DNA of 64,000 bases from an uncultured Gemmatimonadaceae bacterium (GCA_963740355.1 CAVUDW010000003.1:2336001-2400000), one strand, 5' to 3'; counted from the first letter of the stretch, positions 49,358 through 59,581 are shown. Numbers and translations are program-made. Notes: generated from the sequence alone by a model not told the origin.

Positions 49358-51640
49358 TCAGCGCAGGATTGCGCCCCACAACAGTGGCTGGGTGTTCATG
49401 CTCTGCCCCCGATATTGCGGACGGAAGCCGAACAGGATCGCGTGACCGCGGCCGACCGTGACATCGACCATCGCCGCCTTGCCATTCAACTTCGAGCCGC
49501 CAAGCAACCAGCCGGAGAGGAGTGGGTCGCCAGTCGCTGGATACGACGCGACCGCCACCGCGCGTGTCGCGTCGGTGATCTCGAAGGTCGGGCTGTCCTC
49601 GAACCAGGCCGCTGGTACCGGTGCCGTCATGCGTGACACGATCGGGCTGGCACTGTTGAGCGTGATGGAGAGCAGTGAGCCCGGTGCGTAGAAGTCCGTG
49701 TTCTTCACACCAGTGAGCACGTTCTTCACCGGCAACTCGAGCGTCTCGATCGCATAGTCGCTGGCATCGTTGAACGTGATCAACGTGCCACCATCGTTCA
49801 CGAACGCCTTCAGGCTGGCAGCACCCGCATCACCGAGTCCACCGCGCAGCGAGTCAGGGTAGGGTGCACCAAGGCCACGCCGCAGCTGGTTGGCATTCTG
49901 GTCGGGCAGGATGATCACATCGAATCGCGCCTTCAGGTTGCCCGCCCGCATCTCGGCGTCGAGTACCGTGCGATACGGAATCTTGTTGACGTCGAACATC
50001 CAGCGCGTCCATCCCTCATCCATCGAGGCGTTGTAGCTGCGATAGATCGCGATCCGCTTCGGCGACTTCCCGCTCAAACCCTTCACGCTGAACGTGGGCT
50101 CCGGCATCGCCGCACTCAGTGCACCCATCGCCGGCGCCGCGCCGGTGACGGCATTCACCTGCACGCCGAACAACAGCGGCAGCGTGTGCGCCGTCACGTC
50201 GTACGGTCGCTTCGGCGGACCACCCGGATACTCGCTCAGGTTTGGATACTGCTGGCGCTCCAGCAGCGCCTTCGCATACGATCCGAACGGCTGCATCGTG
50301 GGCACGATGTAACTGCCAGCCGGCACCGACTCGTACACTTCGACCTGCCCGTGCTGCAGCGTCCAGATCAGGCGCTGCAATGCCTGAGGATCTTTCTGGT
50401 CGCGCGGAATCACGAACGCCGACGGCACCTCGGTGGTCGTCCACGGATGATCCGCAGCCATCGCACGATCCGCGATCGAGAGATAACTCTCCAGCCACTG
50501 CCGACGATCGCGCGCCACCGACGCCAGCATCGCCCATGTCGCGCTGGCCTGATAGGCCACGATGTCACCGTACGTCCAGCGACCGCCGGGCCAGCGCGCC
50601 GGATAGTTCCACGATGTCACTCGCGCGTCGTACCCACGCGCGGTGCCGAGTTGCGTGAACGGCATGTCGATCGGCGACGCGAGCCGCGCACTCGCGGTCT
50701 CGGTGAGGATGCGCACGCCGTGATGGTTGAGCGAATACTGCCGCGCCGGCGACCACTGATCGTACGACGCATTCGTCGCCACACCCGTCTTCCCTTCGGC
50801 AATCATGCGCCATCCCATGCTCATGCCCAGCGCATTGGTGCTGGCGGTCAGCACGGGATCGATGTTCGGCTCCACCGGATCCATGTACGGCGGAATGAAG
50901 ATGCGACCACCGTTCGCGCCCTGCTGGTGAATGTCGTTCACGATCGCAGGAGTCCACGGCGAGTACAGCGAGTCGAGCACCATCCGCTGCTCCACCTGCG
51001 TGAACGCATACCAGTCGCGGTTGTTGTCGTGCCCCGTGTAGTGATGGTAGATCTCCGGCGGTTGCGTCCCTTCCGCCGGTGTGCCGAGCGTGCTGCGATA
51101 CCAATCTCCAACGATGTCCACACCGTCAGGGTTCTGGCTCGGCACCAGCATGATGATCGTTTCCTTCAGGATCTCGCGGGATTCGGGCGTGTCACTGCGG
51201 ATCAATCGATCGGCGATCACCAGGGGTGATGAGAATCCGCCGACTTCCGTCGAGTGAATGCTCGATGTGATGAGGACGATGTTGCGCCCCTCGTTCAGCA
51301 GCTGCTCGCGATTGGCGCTGCCACGCTTTCGCGGATCGAGCAACTGCTGCTGCACCTGACGGAAGTGCTCGAGGTTGGCCAGGTTCGTCGAGTCACTGAT
51401 GAACGCCACTATGAACGGCCGGCCCAGCGTCGTCTTGCCAAGGGTGCGAACCTGCACATTGGGACTCGCCGCATCGAGTGCCGTGAAATAGTCGGTGACC
51501 TGCTTCCACGACGGGAGTTTCCGGTCGGTGCCGGGCTCGAAGCCAAGGATGCTGGCAGGGGTGGGCACGGCGGGGCGCTGTGCATGCACTGCGGCAGCAG
51601 CGGACAACGCCACCGCCACGGTGAAGAGACGACGCATCAC
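49358..51640 (-). CDS. M14 zinc carboxypeptidase family protein, exported
   Basis: IHSTE, NPDG, DNNRDW, DIHQ; C-terminal GAT-like domain (DEGWTRW, FGFRPQYR). Confidence 0.88.
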   Translation of the reverse strand: MMRRLFTVAVALSAAAAVHAQRPAVPTPASILGFEPGTDRKLPSWKQVTDYFTALDAASPNVQVRTLGKTTLGRPFIVAFISDSTNLANLEHFRQVQQQLLDPRKRGSANREQLLNEGRNIVLITSSIHSTEVGGFSSPLVIADRLIRSDTPESREILKETIIMLVPSQNPDGVDIVGDWYRSTLGTPAEGTQPPEIYHHYTGHDNNRDWYAFTQVEQRMVLDSLYSPWTPAIVNDIHQQGANGGRIFIPPYMDPVEPNIDPVLTASTNALGMSMGWRMIAEGKTGVATNASYDQWSPARQYSLNHHGVRILTETASARLASPIDMPFTQLGTARGYDARVTSWNYPARWPGGRWTYGDIVAYQASATWAMLASVARDRRQWLESYLSIADRAMAADHPWTTTEVPSAFVIPRDQKDPQALQRLIWTLQHGQVEVYESVPAGSYIVPTMQPFGSYAKALLERQQYPNLSEYPGGPPKRPYDVTAHTLPLLFGVQVNAVTGAAPAMGALSAAMPEPTFSVKGLSGKSPKRIAIYRSYNASMDEGWTRWMFDVNKIPYRTVLDAEMRAGNLKARFDVIILPDQNANQLRRGLGAPYPDSLRGGLGDAGAASLKAFVNDGGTLITFNDASDYAIETLELPVKNVLTGVKNTDFYAPGSLLSITLNSASPIVSRMTAPVPAAWFEDSPTFEITDATRAVAVASYPATGDPLLSGWLLGGSKLNGKAAMVDVTVGRGHAILFGFRPQYRGQSMNTQPLLWGAILR

Positions 51641-51728
51641 GGCAGACTCCGGATTGTGGGGGCGTAGTACATGTAGTTCGGCACGCGTGGCTGGCGCCGC
51701 TACGCGCCACGACCTGCCAGTGCTGGAG

Positions 51729-52712
51729 TCAGCGCGATTCGACCGTGAAGCCGCTCGCGAAGCGCGTGAAGCTGACCGAGTCCGTCATGCGGAGCGCAGC
51801 CCAGGTCTGCATCGACATCCGGAAACTGTGCACGACGATCTCATTTGTCCCGTCACCGTCGACGTCCAGCACCGAGACCAGTTCGTGCAGCGGGTATGAG
51901 AGATCGCGCAGCTTGCCGCTGCGGGTCTTTCCGTTGGCTCGCACCAGCACCACGCGCTCGATCGTCTCCGGCGTGATCTCCAGCGGGCGAATCGTGATCA
52001 TCGCCCGGAAGTCGCCAAAACAGCCGCGCAGGACACTCACCGCTTCCTTGGGCGCCGGCACGAAGCCAGCGATCGCAGCGGCAATCGCCGGCTCGTCCGC
52101 GGGGGGACAGGGTGTGGCCGATCCGGTACGCGGCGGAACGGGTGGTGCGCCACGCCATTCAGCCGGGATGGCGCGCTCGGTGCTATCGAGGGCAGCCAGG
52201 TCCAGGCGCGCGATGATGCGCCGCCCGCTCAGTCGAAGCGCGGTCACGCGCGCTTGGGCGGCGCCGGCGCGCGGGTGCACCGTGATTAGCATCCCTGGCT
52301 GAATCGGACTCCGCGCGGCCAGCATGCGGTCGAACGCGGCGCGGGCTGCATCGGTGGTGCCGACCCCGCCGTCGATGCGACCGATGTCGACCGACGGTGC
52401 GCTGTCGATCATGCGCACCATGAACCAGCGCTGTGTGCGGGGCGCAAATACCGCGCGTTCAGCGAGGCTCGCCGCGTCGGCATCGAGCGCCGTATTGGGC
52501 GCGGCCGGGAGCAAGGCGAGCATCATCGTCATGCTGTCCGGAGGCGTGGAACGGATCGAATCCGGCCGTTCATCCCCCGTGGTGTCGGGAGGGGTGGCGC
52601 TGTCTGCGGCCACAGCCACGGTGCGCGGCGGCTCAGCGTCGCGGGGCTTGCACCCCCCTGCCACGCCAAACGCCAATACCGCACCGACCCCGAGCAGCCG
52701 TCCCTGACGCAT
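51729..52712 (-). CDS. Hypothetical lipoprotein
   Basis: AGGC lipobox; DVDGDGTNEI Ca-binding-like loop. Confidence 0.65.
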   Translation of the reverse strand: MRQGRLLGVGAVLAFGVAGGCKPRDAEPPRTVAVAADSATPPDTTGDERPDSIRSTPPDSMTMMLALLPAAPNTALDADAASLAERAVFAPRTQRWFMVRMIDSAPSVDIGRIDGGVGTTDAARAAFDRMLAARSPIQPGMLITVHPRAGAAQARVTALRLSGRRIIARLDLAALDSTERAIPAEWRGAPPVPPRTGSATPCPPADEPAIAAAIAGFVPAPKEAVSVLRGCFGDFRAMITIRPLEITPETIERVVLVRANGKTRSGKLRDLSYPLHELVSVLDVDGDGTNEIVVHSFRMSMQTWAALRMTDSVSFTRFASGFTVESR

Positions 52713-53534
52713 TCAGTCGAGGAACTTCAGGACCGACGCCACCAGCCCGTACCGCCAGGCCAGCACACCGGCCAGCACGAGCAGGATCAGCAGCGCGAGC
52801 CCCGTGATCGCCTTCTGCCAGAGCTTCCGCTGGCGGACCTCACGCTCCTCGCGACGCTCCACCACACCGAGCTTGCCGGTTGGGACGCGTCGAGTGTAGT
52901 GGTCGGTCCGCATCGCATGCGCCGTCTCGAGCGCCCGCCGCACCGGCGGATCCACCGTGAACCAGAGCACTGTGCGGCCAATGCCAATCGCATCGCCATC
53001 GCTCAGCCGCGTCGGCTTCTCGACCTTGGCGCCATTTAAAAGCATCAGGGCGCCGATTTCGGGCAGCAGGCGGAGGCTGTCGCCATCCCGCTCCAACCGC
53101 GCGTGCACCCGCGAAACTTCCGGTTCCTGAAGAAGCACGGTACAGCCCGCTTCGCGGCCGATCGTGGTCGCGTCCTGACCGAGGGCGTACACCCGATCCC
53201 GCCGCGCGTCACGGAGCCAACCAGAGCCCGTTCCGGTCACCGATGGCGGGGCCTCCGACTCGAACCGGAACTCGTGGGCACCCATGACGATCACGTCGCC
53301 GGGCTGGAGGCGATGAGGCTCCCCGGTCAGTAATTCGCCATTGACCAGAATCTCCGCCTCGGCACTGGCTCGACTGATCGTCGGTACGCCGTAGCTGCCG
53401 TCACTCATGACGAGCGCATGCAGCCGCAGCAGGTCGGGTTCGCGGATCCGCCACGTGGCTTCGACGCCGCTTCCGATGGACAGGACGCCCAAACCGAGCG
53501 GTCGAGTCTGGTCGCCGAAGATGAGATGGGCCAT
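52713..53534 (-). CDS. Membrane-anchored protein with two FHA domains
   Basis: TIGRE..C...L.EP.VSRVHA...NG..V....L.DGD.I.IG (canonical FHA) plus a degenerate N-terminal FHA; C-terminal TM segment. Confidence 0.85.
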   Translation of the reverse strand: MAHLIFGDQTRPLGLGVLSIGSGVEATWRIREPDLLRLHALVMSDGSYGVPTISRASAEAEILVNGELLTGEPHRLQPGDVIVMGAHEFRFESEAPPSVTGTGSGWLRDARRDRVYALGQDATTIGREAGCTVLLQEPEVSRVHARLERDGDSLRLLPEIGALMLLNGAKVEKPTRLSDGDAIGIGRTVLWFTVDPPVRRALETAHAMRTDHYTRRVPTGKLGVVERREEREVRQRKLWQKAITGLALLILLVLAGVLAWRYGLVASVLKFLD

Positions 53535-53655
53535 CTGAACGCTGAGAGGACTCCGAGGGTAGCTTGATCACCCGCACCCGTCGAATACGATTCTGGAGCG
53601 GAAAAGATAACCGGAGTGCGCGAGTAGCGCGGGTTCACCGTTCTTCGATACCCTG

Positions 53656-54963
53656 ATGAGTGACGAGACCCTGAGCTCAGCTGCCATGCCCTCGACGAGC
53701 CCGACGGAGGCCTACGCCTCCGACCTGGGCCGTTTGCAGCGCACCGCACCGCTTGGCCCAGCGGATGATGCGTGGCTCGTCCTTGCCCATTCCCTGACCC
53801 GCTTCGGCGCCCTCAGCGCGGCGGATTTGAATGAGATCGCGCCGGCATCAGCGGACCTCCTCGCAGTAAGCGCGATGGCGGCTGGGCTGGCTGCCCAGTC
53901 GAGCGTGCTGCGGGCGGCACGGGCCCTTCGAGCCCTGCCAGACGGGTACACCGAGCTGCCCAGTGGCTACGACGCCGTGACGGAGTTGGTGATTGCGACG
54001 CAGGCCGTGGCCGAAGAGCAGGAACTGGCTGGTGGATTCGGGCTGGCGTACGCAACCTTGCGCGCGTTGCGCCAGGCGTTTTCCTCGCGCGTCTCACCGC
54101 GCATCGACGGCAATGTCGTGGCGCAGATCGGCCGTGCCGCGCGCCAGCTGGGTGCCGTCGATGTCGCGCGCGAGATGTACGAGGACGCGATGCTCATCGG
54201 CTATGAATGCGAGGCGCTCGATGTGGTCGCCCGTGCATTGCTCGGCCTCGGTGTCATTGCACTCACACGCGGCAACTATCCCGCGGCGCGCGAACAGTTC
54301 GAGCGCGCGCTGCTGAACGCCGATCGAGCCAACGATCCCGAACTGATCCGCTCCGCGCATCACGGCCTGCTCAACTGTGGCTTTGCCTCGGGCGACCTCG
54401 ACTCGGCGATGGTGCACGGGTGGAATGTGCTGCGGCTCTGCATCGCCCCGGATTCGCGAGCGGAAGCGCTCATGAACATGGGCGAAATCTGCCGACTCAC
54501 CGGTGAGCATGACGCCGCCATGCGCGTCTACGCGGTCGCCATGGAATGGACCTCGCAGCGCCGTGTTCGCCTGCATGCGCTGAGTGCCGCGCTACAGTCC
54601 GCCGTCACGATCAATCGTCTGTCGGATGCGCGCCGGTATCTGGCCGAGCTCACCGAGCTCATGCCCACCGTGCCCGATCCCTATACGCAAGCGAACATCG
54701 GAGTCGAAGTCGCAGATTCGCTCCACCGCCTTGGCGAGTCGACTGCTGCCGCGGCGATGCTCGATTCAGCTCTCTCACTGGCAAGGGAACACGCGTTCCA
54801 CGAACTGGTTCATCGCGCGGAGCAAGCTGCAAGTGTGTGGCACGTCGCACCTGTGCCGGACCCACTCGAGCAGAAGCATTCGCGCCGGAAGCGCCCGTAC
54901 AGGTCCGAGCACTTCCGGATGGTCCTGCGGTCACTGAATGGCCTGACCGCTGCGTCGCTCTGA
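53656..54963 (+). CDS. Cytoplasmic TPR-repeat protein (candidate peptide receptor)
   Basis: TPR-like helices QIGRAARQLGAVDVAREMYEDA, LGLGVIALTRGNYPAAREQFERAL, MNMGEICRLTGEHDAAMRVYAVA; no signal peptide or TM segment. Confidence 0.8.
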   Translation: MSDETLSSAAMPSTSPTEAYASDLGRLQRTAPLGPADDAWLVLAHSLTRFGALSAADLNEIAPASADLLAVSAMAAGLAAQSSVLRAARALRALPDGYTELPSGYDAVTELVIATQAVAEEQELAGGFGLAYATLRALRQAFSSRVSPRIDGNVVAQIGRAARQLGAVDVAREMYEDAMLIGYECEALDVVARALLGLGVIALTRGNYPAAREQFERALLNADRANDPELIRSAHHGLLNCGFASGDLDSAMVHGWNVLRLCIAPDSRAEALMNMGEICRLTGEHDAAMRVYAVAMEWTSQRRVRLHALSAALQSAVTINRLSDARRYLAELTELMPTVPDPYTQANIGVEVADSLHRLGESTAAAAMLDSALSLAREHAFHELVHRAEQAASVWHVAPVPDPLEQKHSRRKRPYRSEHFRMVLRSLNGLTAASL

Positions 54964-54969
54964 CGCGGA

Positions 54970-55176
54970 CTAGTGCCAGGGGATCGTCGGCACTGCGCCG
55001 TTCTGCACGTCGAACCAGGGGATGGTCGGGACGCGCTTGGTCGTGTCGACATCGGCGCTCACCTGCTTCTCCGAATTCTCGACCAGCGGTGATGTCGGAT
55101 CAGCTGCGCAGGCCGAGAGGCCGGCGGCGAGGATCAGCAGAGCGGCGAGTGCGGTGCGGTGGCGGAGCGTCGTCAT
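54970..55176 (-). CDS. 68-aa lipoprotein-type precursor with duplicated C-terminal VPTIPW[F/H] motif
   Basis: AGGA RBS 8 nt before ATG 55176; MTTLRHRTALAALLILAAGLSA-C lipobox; ...DTTKR-VPTIPWF-DVQNGA-VPTIPWH*. Confidence 0.8.
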   Translation of the reverse strand: MTTLRHRTALAALLILAAGLSACAADPTSPLVENSEKQVSADVDTTKRVPTIPWFDVQNGAVPTIPWH

Positions 55177-55213
55177 GGCAGTGTCCTGAGTTGGGTGTAC
55201 ATCAAACCTGCCG

Positions 55214-56215
55214 ATGCCGGCTCTGATCTCCGCACACGGTGCGGGCACCACCCTCACCGGATGGGAAACCGTGGGATTTCCGTTGGTCGACGACAGCAGG
55301 AACAACCAGAGCCGCCCTCTGCAACGGGTGGTCGCAGCCCTGGTACGCGATCGTCGCGACCTGGCGCGACTGCAGGAGGCACTGCGCCCGTCCGCAGGTG
55401 CGCCACCTGCCGGCGTGCTGCATGCATTCGAGCGCGTCGATCGACTCGATGCAGCGCTGCAGCGCACACACTTCGATGTGTTGGTCATCGAACCGACCGA
55501 TGCCGATGGTCATTCGACCGAGGAGATGATCCGGAGCATTCGCGCCCGTTTTCCGCGTCTCTCGGTGCTTGGCCACGTCGTGATGCGCCCCGGGATCTCG
55601 TCCTCGGTGCTTTCTTTCGCGCGCGCCGGTGTACACGAACTGATCGTCTCAGGTATCGACGACACTGCGATGGTGCTTCGCGTCGCGCTGCAACGCGCCT
55701 CGCAGCGCTGCCTGGCGGAGGAGGTGTACGCGGAGGTGAGCTCATCACTGCCGCGTGAAGCCGCCCGACTCGTGCGTTATTGCCTCGAGCATGCGAGCGA
55801 GTCGCCAACGATCGATGACATATCACGCGCACTAGGTGTGCATCGACGCACGCTCGTCAATCGCATGCAGAATGCGATGCTCCCACCACCGAGCGAACTC
55901 TGGGCCTGGTCTCGCGTGCTGCTGGCAGCGCGGTACCTCGAAATGCCAGGACGCTCGGTGGAGTGGGTGGCTCACACAGTCGGATACCCATCGGCGAACG
56001 CGCTGCGCAACGCACTCAAGCGCTACACTGGACTGGTGCCGAGTGAGTTGCGAGAGGACGACGGTTTCGCCCGTGCGACGCTCGCCTTCCGCGGTGCACT
56101 GCTGGCCACGTCGCGTCACGTGGGACCACTGATGATGCCGGTCGGTCAGCGAACGCGCCTGCAACGAAGTGGTGCTGCATCCGACCCGCTCGCGGGCGTC
56201 AGACAGGCGGTGTAG
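55214..56215 (+). CDS. AraC-type HTH regulator with atypical (pseudo-)receiver domain; start may be GTG 55271
   Basis: Receiver-like FDVLVIE...IRARFP.L.VL...ARAGV; AraC HTH TIDDISRALGVHRRTL and SVEWVAHTVGYPS.NALRN.LKRYTGLVP. Confidence 0.85.
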   Translation: MPALISAHGAGTTLTGWETVGFPLVDDSRNNQSRPLQRVVAALVRDRRDLARLQEALRPSAGAPPAGVLHAFERVDRLDAALQRTHFDVLVIEPTDADGHSTEEMIRSIRARFPRLSVLGHVVMRPGISSSVLSFARAGVHELIVSGIDDTAMVLRVALQRASQRCLAEEVYAEVSSSLPREAARLVRYCLEHASESPTIDDISRALGVHRRTLVNRMQNAMLPPPSELWAWSRVLLAARYLEMPGRSVEWVAHTVGYPSANALRNALKRYTGLVPSELREDDGFARATLAFRGALLATSRHVGPLMMPVGQRTRLQRSGAASDPLAGVRQAV

Positions 56216-56265
56216 CGTCGTCGGTGATCGACCGCCGGTAGTGGACGGCTGCTGTCGCTACCGGT

Positions 56266-56721
56266 TCAAGCGGTGGGCAGTGGCTGCAGGTCGGGCGGTA
56301 CATGCGATGCGCGGGCCTGCCGCGAGAACAGCAGCGTGTTCGAATAGTGCTGCATCGGCAGGTCGCGTCGTCCCCACTGCTCGAAGAAGCTGTTCGAGTC
56401 GTCGCGGAGCGACGGCGGTGCAGGATTGCGCGCCACATGGAGCGCCACAACCTGCATGTAGAAGGCGGTGATGGTTTCGTGGTAGCCGCTGTCGGGTGTG
56501 CTCTCGATGCCCGCCTTTGCATTGAAGCCAAGGATCGTGGCACGGGCGGTGTCGAGGGCCTCGCTCGCCGGCACCGCCCGCCCGATGGAGAGCGCGACCG
56601 TCAGATGTGCTCGATGATTCCAGGCCGATCGGGGCAAGGTGCCGTCGGCGACCGCGTCGAGGACCGCGCGCACATCAGCGTCGGTGGCGAACGGGGCCTC
56701 GGTGAGGGCGTGGTAGTCCAT
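56266..56721 (-). CDS. Conserved hypothetical protein
   Basis: WNHRAHL, GYHETIT, HYS...L.S..AR...V.PDL motifs. Confidence 0.7.
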   Translation of the reverse strand: MDYHALTEAPFATDADVRAVLDAVADGTLPRSAWNHRAHLTVALSIGRAVPASEALDTARATILGFNAKAGIESTPDSGYHETITAFYMQVVALHVARNPAPPSLRDDSNSFFEQWGRRDLPMQHYSNTLLFSRQARASHVPPDLQPLPTA

Positions 56722-56767
56722 CCCCCAAAGCTGGGTGGGTCACGGCACTACCGCAGGGGGGTGCCGG

Positions 56768-57220
56768 TCAGGGGATCGGTCGCACACTGTCGACCGTGAT
56801 ATACCCACCGCCATCGTTCTCAGGAGTGCCGTACGTCAGTGTTCTCGGATAGCCGAGCTTGTCGTCATAAGTCACTTGAAGCCGTTCAGGCCGCTGGCGA
56901 ATCTCTTCCGCGACCTGCTTGAAGATGCTGTCCACCGGCTGACGCCACGTCAGCGGCTCGGATGCACCAGTGCCGACATCCACGATCGCCGTGACCTGTC
57001 CATTCCGGACGGTGACGCGCTTCGTTCCTGTGAATTCAGGCAAACAGAAGCACAAAACGGTGCTATTAAAGCTATAATTGACCAGCCTGGCGTCAGACCA
57101 CTTCTTCTGCGCGCTCTGCAGGTCGAGCCGCTGACCGAACGGAGACGTCGGATCGGAGGTGCAGGCCGCGGCAACGGCGACCGCCACCAGTCCAAGACTC
57201 GCCAGTCGATGTCTGCCCAT
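56768..57220 (-). CDS. DUF6174-like lipoprotein
   Basis: AAAC lipobox; W......Y.F....CFC, V.V.NG.V, V.YD..LGYP. Confidence 0.75.
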   Translation of the reverse strand: MGRHRLASLGLVAVAVAAACTSDPTSPFGQRLDLQSAQKKWSDARLVNYSFNSTVLCFCLPEFTGTKRVTVRNGQVTAIVDVGTGASEPLTWRQPVDSIFKQVAEEIRQRPERLQVTYDDKLGYPRTLTYGTPENDGGGYITVDSVRPIP

Positions 57221-57331
57221 CTCACGCTCGCATCAGGGTTCAGGGTGGCGTACCGCCGGCCGCCGAGACCGGTCACGCGCTGCCGATGCGGTTCCCTTTC
57301 GATCGCTCGGTGCCGCGTAACCGCCATGCCC

Positions 57332-57376
57332 ATTCGTCAACAGTTTTGTTGACGAATCCGCATACCCGACTAGTTT
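57332..57376 (+). promoter_or_regulatory. suf operon promoter with SufR-type operator
   Basis: Perfect inverted repeat ATTCGTCAACA-GTTT-TGTTGACGAAT containing CAAC-N6-GTTG (the motif described for cyanobacterial SufR); TTGACG-16-TAGTTT; ATG 7 nt later. Confidence 0.8.
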
Positions 57377-57383
57377 GCTCGCC

Positions 57384-58094
57384 ATGGAAGAAATGGGGAC
57401 CGCGCTCGTCGGCTATCGTGGGATTCAGGCCGAACTGCTGCTGGCGCTGAAAAAGCACCAGCCGCTGACGGCGCGCGAACTGGCCGCCCGTTTCGACCTC
57501 ACCCCGAACGCCATGCGTCGCCATCTCGAGACCCTCGAGGCGGCCGGCATCATCCGTCACTCGCGCGAAGTGCGCGGTGTTGGTGGGCCGGTGCATGCGT
57601 TCTCCCTCACCGGCAGTGGTGAGGCGCTCTTCCCGCGTCAGTACGCCACGGTGCTGCTGGAGACGCTCGAGTCCATCGCCACCGAACATGGTCGCGGTGG
57701 CGTGAGCGACTTCTTCCGGCGGAAGTGGACAGCCCTCGCGGCCGAGGCCGCACCCGCGCTGCGACAGCTTCCGCTCACCGAGCGAGTGCAGTTGCTGGCT
57801 GAGTTGTGGACGTCGCTTGGCTACATGGCCGAGGCGGATGTCGATGACGTCACCGGCCTGCCCGTGCTGCGCAAGCACAACTGTGCGATCCGCGCCGTGG
57901 CGGAGCAGTACCCGGAAATCTGCGCGACCGAGGCGGCCTTCATCGAAGACGTGATCGGTGTGCCGACGGAACGCCGCCAGCACATCCTGGCGGGATGCAA
58001 CACCTGTGAATACGTGGTCGGCGGCGCACAGATCGCGCGTCGATCGACCGAGCTGGCAACAAGCAACGCCGGTGACCGGCGTGGAGAAGCGTGA
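57384..58094 (+). CDS. sufR: SufR-like Fe-S cluster regulator
   Basis: N-terminal wHTH (NAMRRHL..LE..G.I), FPRQY, HNCAI..VA..YP.IC..E, C..C; heads the suf operon. Confidence 0.85.
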   Translation: MEEMGTALVGYRGIQAELLLALKKHQPLTARELAARFDLTPNAMRRHLETLEAAGIIRHSREVRGVGGPVHAFSLTGSGEALFPRQYATVLLETLESIATEHGRGGVSDFFRRKWTALAAEAAPALRQLPLTERVQLLAELWTSLGYMAEADVDDVTGLPVLRKHNCAIRAVAEQYPEICATEAAFIEDVIGVPTERRQHILAGCNTCEYVVGGAQIARRSTELATSNAGDRRGEA

Positions 58095-58098
58095 CGCG

Positions 58099-59532
58099 AT
58101 GAGCAGCGAAATCGAGGCCCTCGTTGGGCGAGAGTATCAGTATGGATTCGTCACCGATATCGACGCCGACACCATCCCGCCGGGATTGAGTGAGGATGTC
58201 GTACGGCTGATCTCGGCCAAGAAGGCGGAACCCGAGTGGCTGCTCGAGTGGCGCCTCAAGGCCTACCGTCGCTGGCTCACGATGACCGAGCCGACGTGGC
58301 CCAACGTCCACTATCCGGCCATCGACTATCAGGCCGTCCGCTACTACTCCGCGCCCAAGACGGCCAAGCCCCTTGGTTCGCTCGACGAAGTCGACCCCAA
58401 GCTGCTCGATACCTACAAGAAGCTTGGCATTCCACTGCATGAGCAGAAGATGCTCGCCGGCGTCGCCGTCGATGCGGTGTTCGACAGCGTCTCGGTTGGC
58501 ACCACCTACAAGGCCGAGCTGGCGAAGCACGGCATCGTCTTCTGCAGCTTCAGCGAGGCGGTGCACGAGCATCCGGAGCTGATCAAGAAGTATCTCGGCA
58601 GCGTGGTGCCGTACAGCGACAACTTCTTCGCGGCGCTCAACTCCGCGGTCTTCAGCGATGGCAGCTTCTGCTACATTCCGAAGGGCGTGAAGTGTCCGAT
58701 GGAGCTCAGCACCTACTTCCGCATTAACGCCGCCGATACCGGCCAGTTCGAGCGCACACTGATCGTGGCCGAAGAAGGGGCCAGCGTGAGCTACCTCGAA
58801 GGGTGCACCGCGCCCAAGCGCAGCACCAACCAGCTGCACGCCGCCGTGGTCGAGCTGATCGCGCTCGACGATGCGACGATCAAGTACAGCACGGTGCAGA
58901 ACTGGTATGCCGGTGACGAGAACGGCGTCGGCGGCATCTACAACTTCGTCACCAAGCGCGGCAAGGCGATGAAGAACGCCAAGATCTCGTGGACGCAGGT
59001 CGAAACCGGCTCGGCGATCACATGGAAGTACCCCAGCGTGATCCTGCAGGGTGACAACTCCATCGGCGAGTTCTACTCGGTGGCCGTCGTCAACAACATG
59101 CAGCAGGCCGACACCGGCACGAAGATGATCCACATCGGCCGCAACACGAAGTCGAACATCGTCAGCAAGGGCATCAGCGCCGGCCGCGGGCAGAACAGCT
59201 ACCGCGGCATGGTGAAGGTGCTGCCGAAGGCCGAAGGGGCGCGCAACTACACGCAGTGTGACAGCATGCTCATTGGCAATGCCTGCGGCGCGCACACCTT
59301 CCCGTACATCGAGATCAACAACAACACGGCGACGCTGGAGCATGAAGCGTCGACGACGAAGATCGGGGAAGACCAGATCTTCTACCTGAAGCAGCGCGGC
59401 ATGAGCGCGGAAAACGCGGTCAGCATGATCGTCGCCGGCTTCTGCAAGGAAGTGTTCAAGGAACTGCCGATGGAGTTCGCCCTCGAGGCGCAACAGCTGC
59501 TGGGCATCACACTCGAAGGCTCCGTCGGCTGA
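58099..59532 (+). CDS. sufB: Fe-S cluster assembly protein SufB
   Basis: [39 protein letters not shown]. Confidence 0.97.
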   Translation: MSSEIEALVGREYQYGFVTDIDADTIPPGLSEDVVRLISAKKAEPEWLLEWRLKAYRRWLTMTEPTWPNVHYPAIDYQAVRYYSAPKTAKPLGSLDEVDPKLLDTYKKLGIPLHEQKMLAGVAVDAVFDSVSVGTTYKAELAKHGIVFCSFSEAVHEHPELIKKYLGSVVPYSDNFFAALNSAVFSDGSFCYIPKGVKCPMELSTYFRINAADTGQFERTLIVAEEGASVSYLEGCTAPKRSTNQLHAAVVELIALDDATIKYSTVQNWYAGDENGVGGIYNFVTKRGKAMKNAKISWTQVETGSAITWKYPSVILQGDNSIGEFYSVAVVNNMQQADTGTKMIHIGRNTKSNIVSKGISAGRGQNSYRGMVKVLPKAEGARNYTQCDSMLIGNACGAHTFPYIEINNNTATLEHEASTTKIGEDQIFYLKQRGMSAENAVSMIVAGFCKEVFKELPMEFALEAQQLLGITLEGSVG

Positions 59533-59581
59533 GCCGAACTGCCTGGACCCGATTTTTCACACACGCTGCGACGAGAACCAA

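Noticed and set aside
54970..55488. 172-aa ORF as the real product
   Set aside because: The first ~100 codons are antisense to the AraC gene. The RBS and lipoprotein signal point to ATG 55176.
55087..57160. Shared C-x-x-DPTSP after the lipobox in the peptide precursor and the DUF6174 lipoprotein
   Set aside because: It is most simply a generic post-lipobox linker or sorting sequence, and too short to imply a functional link.
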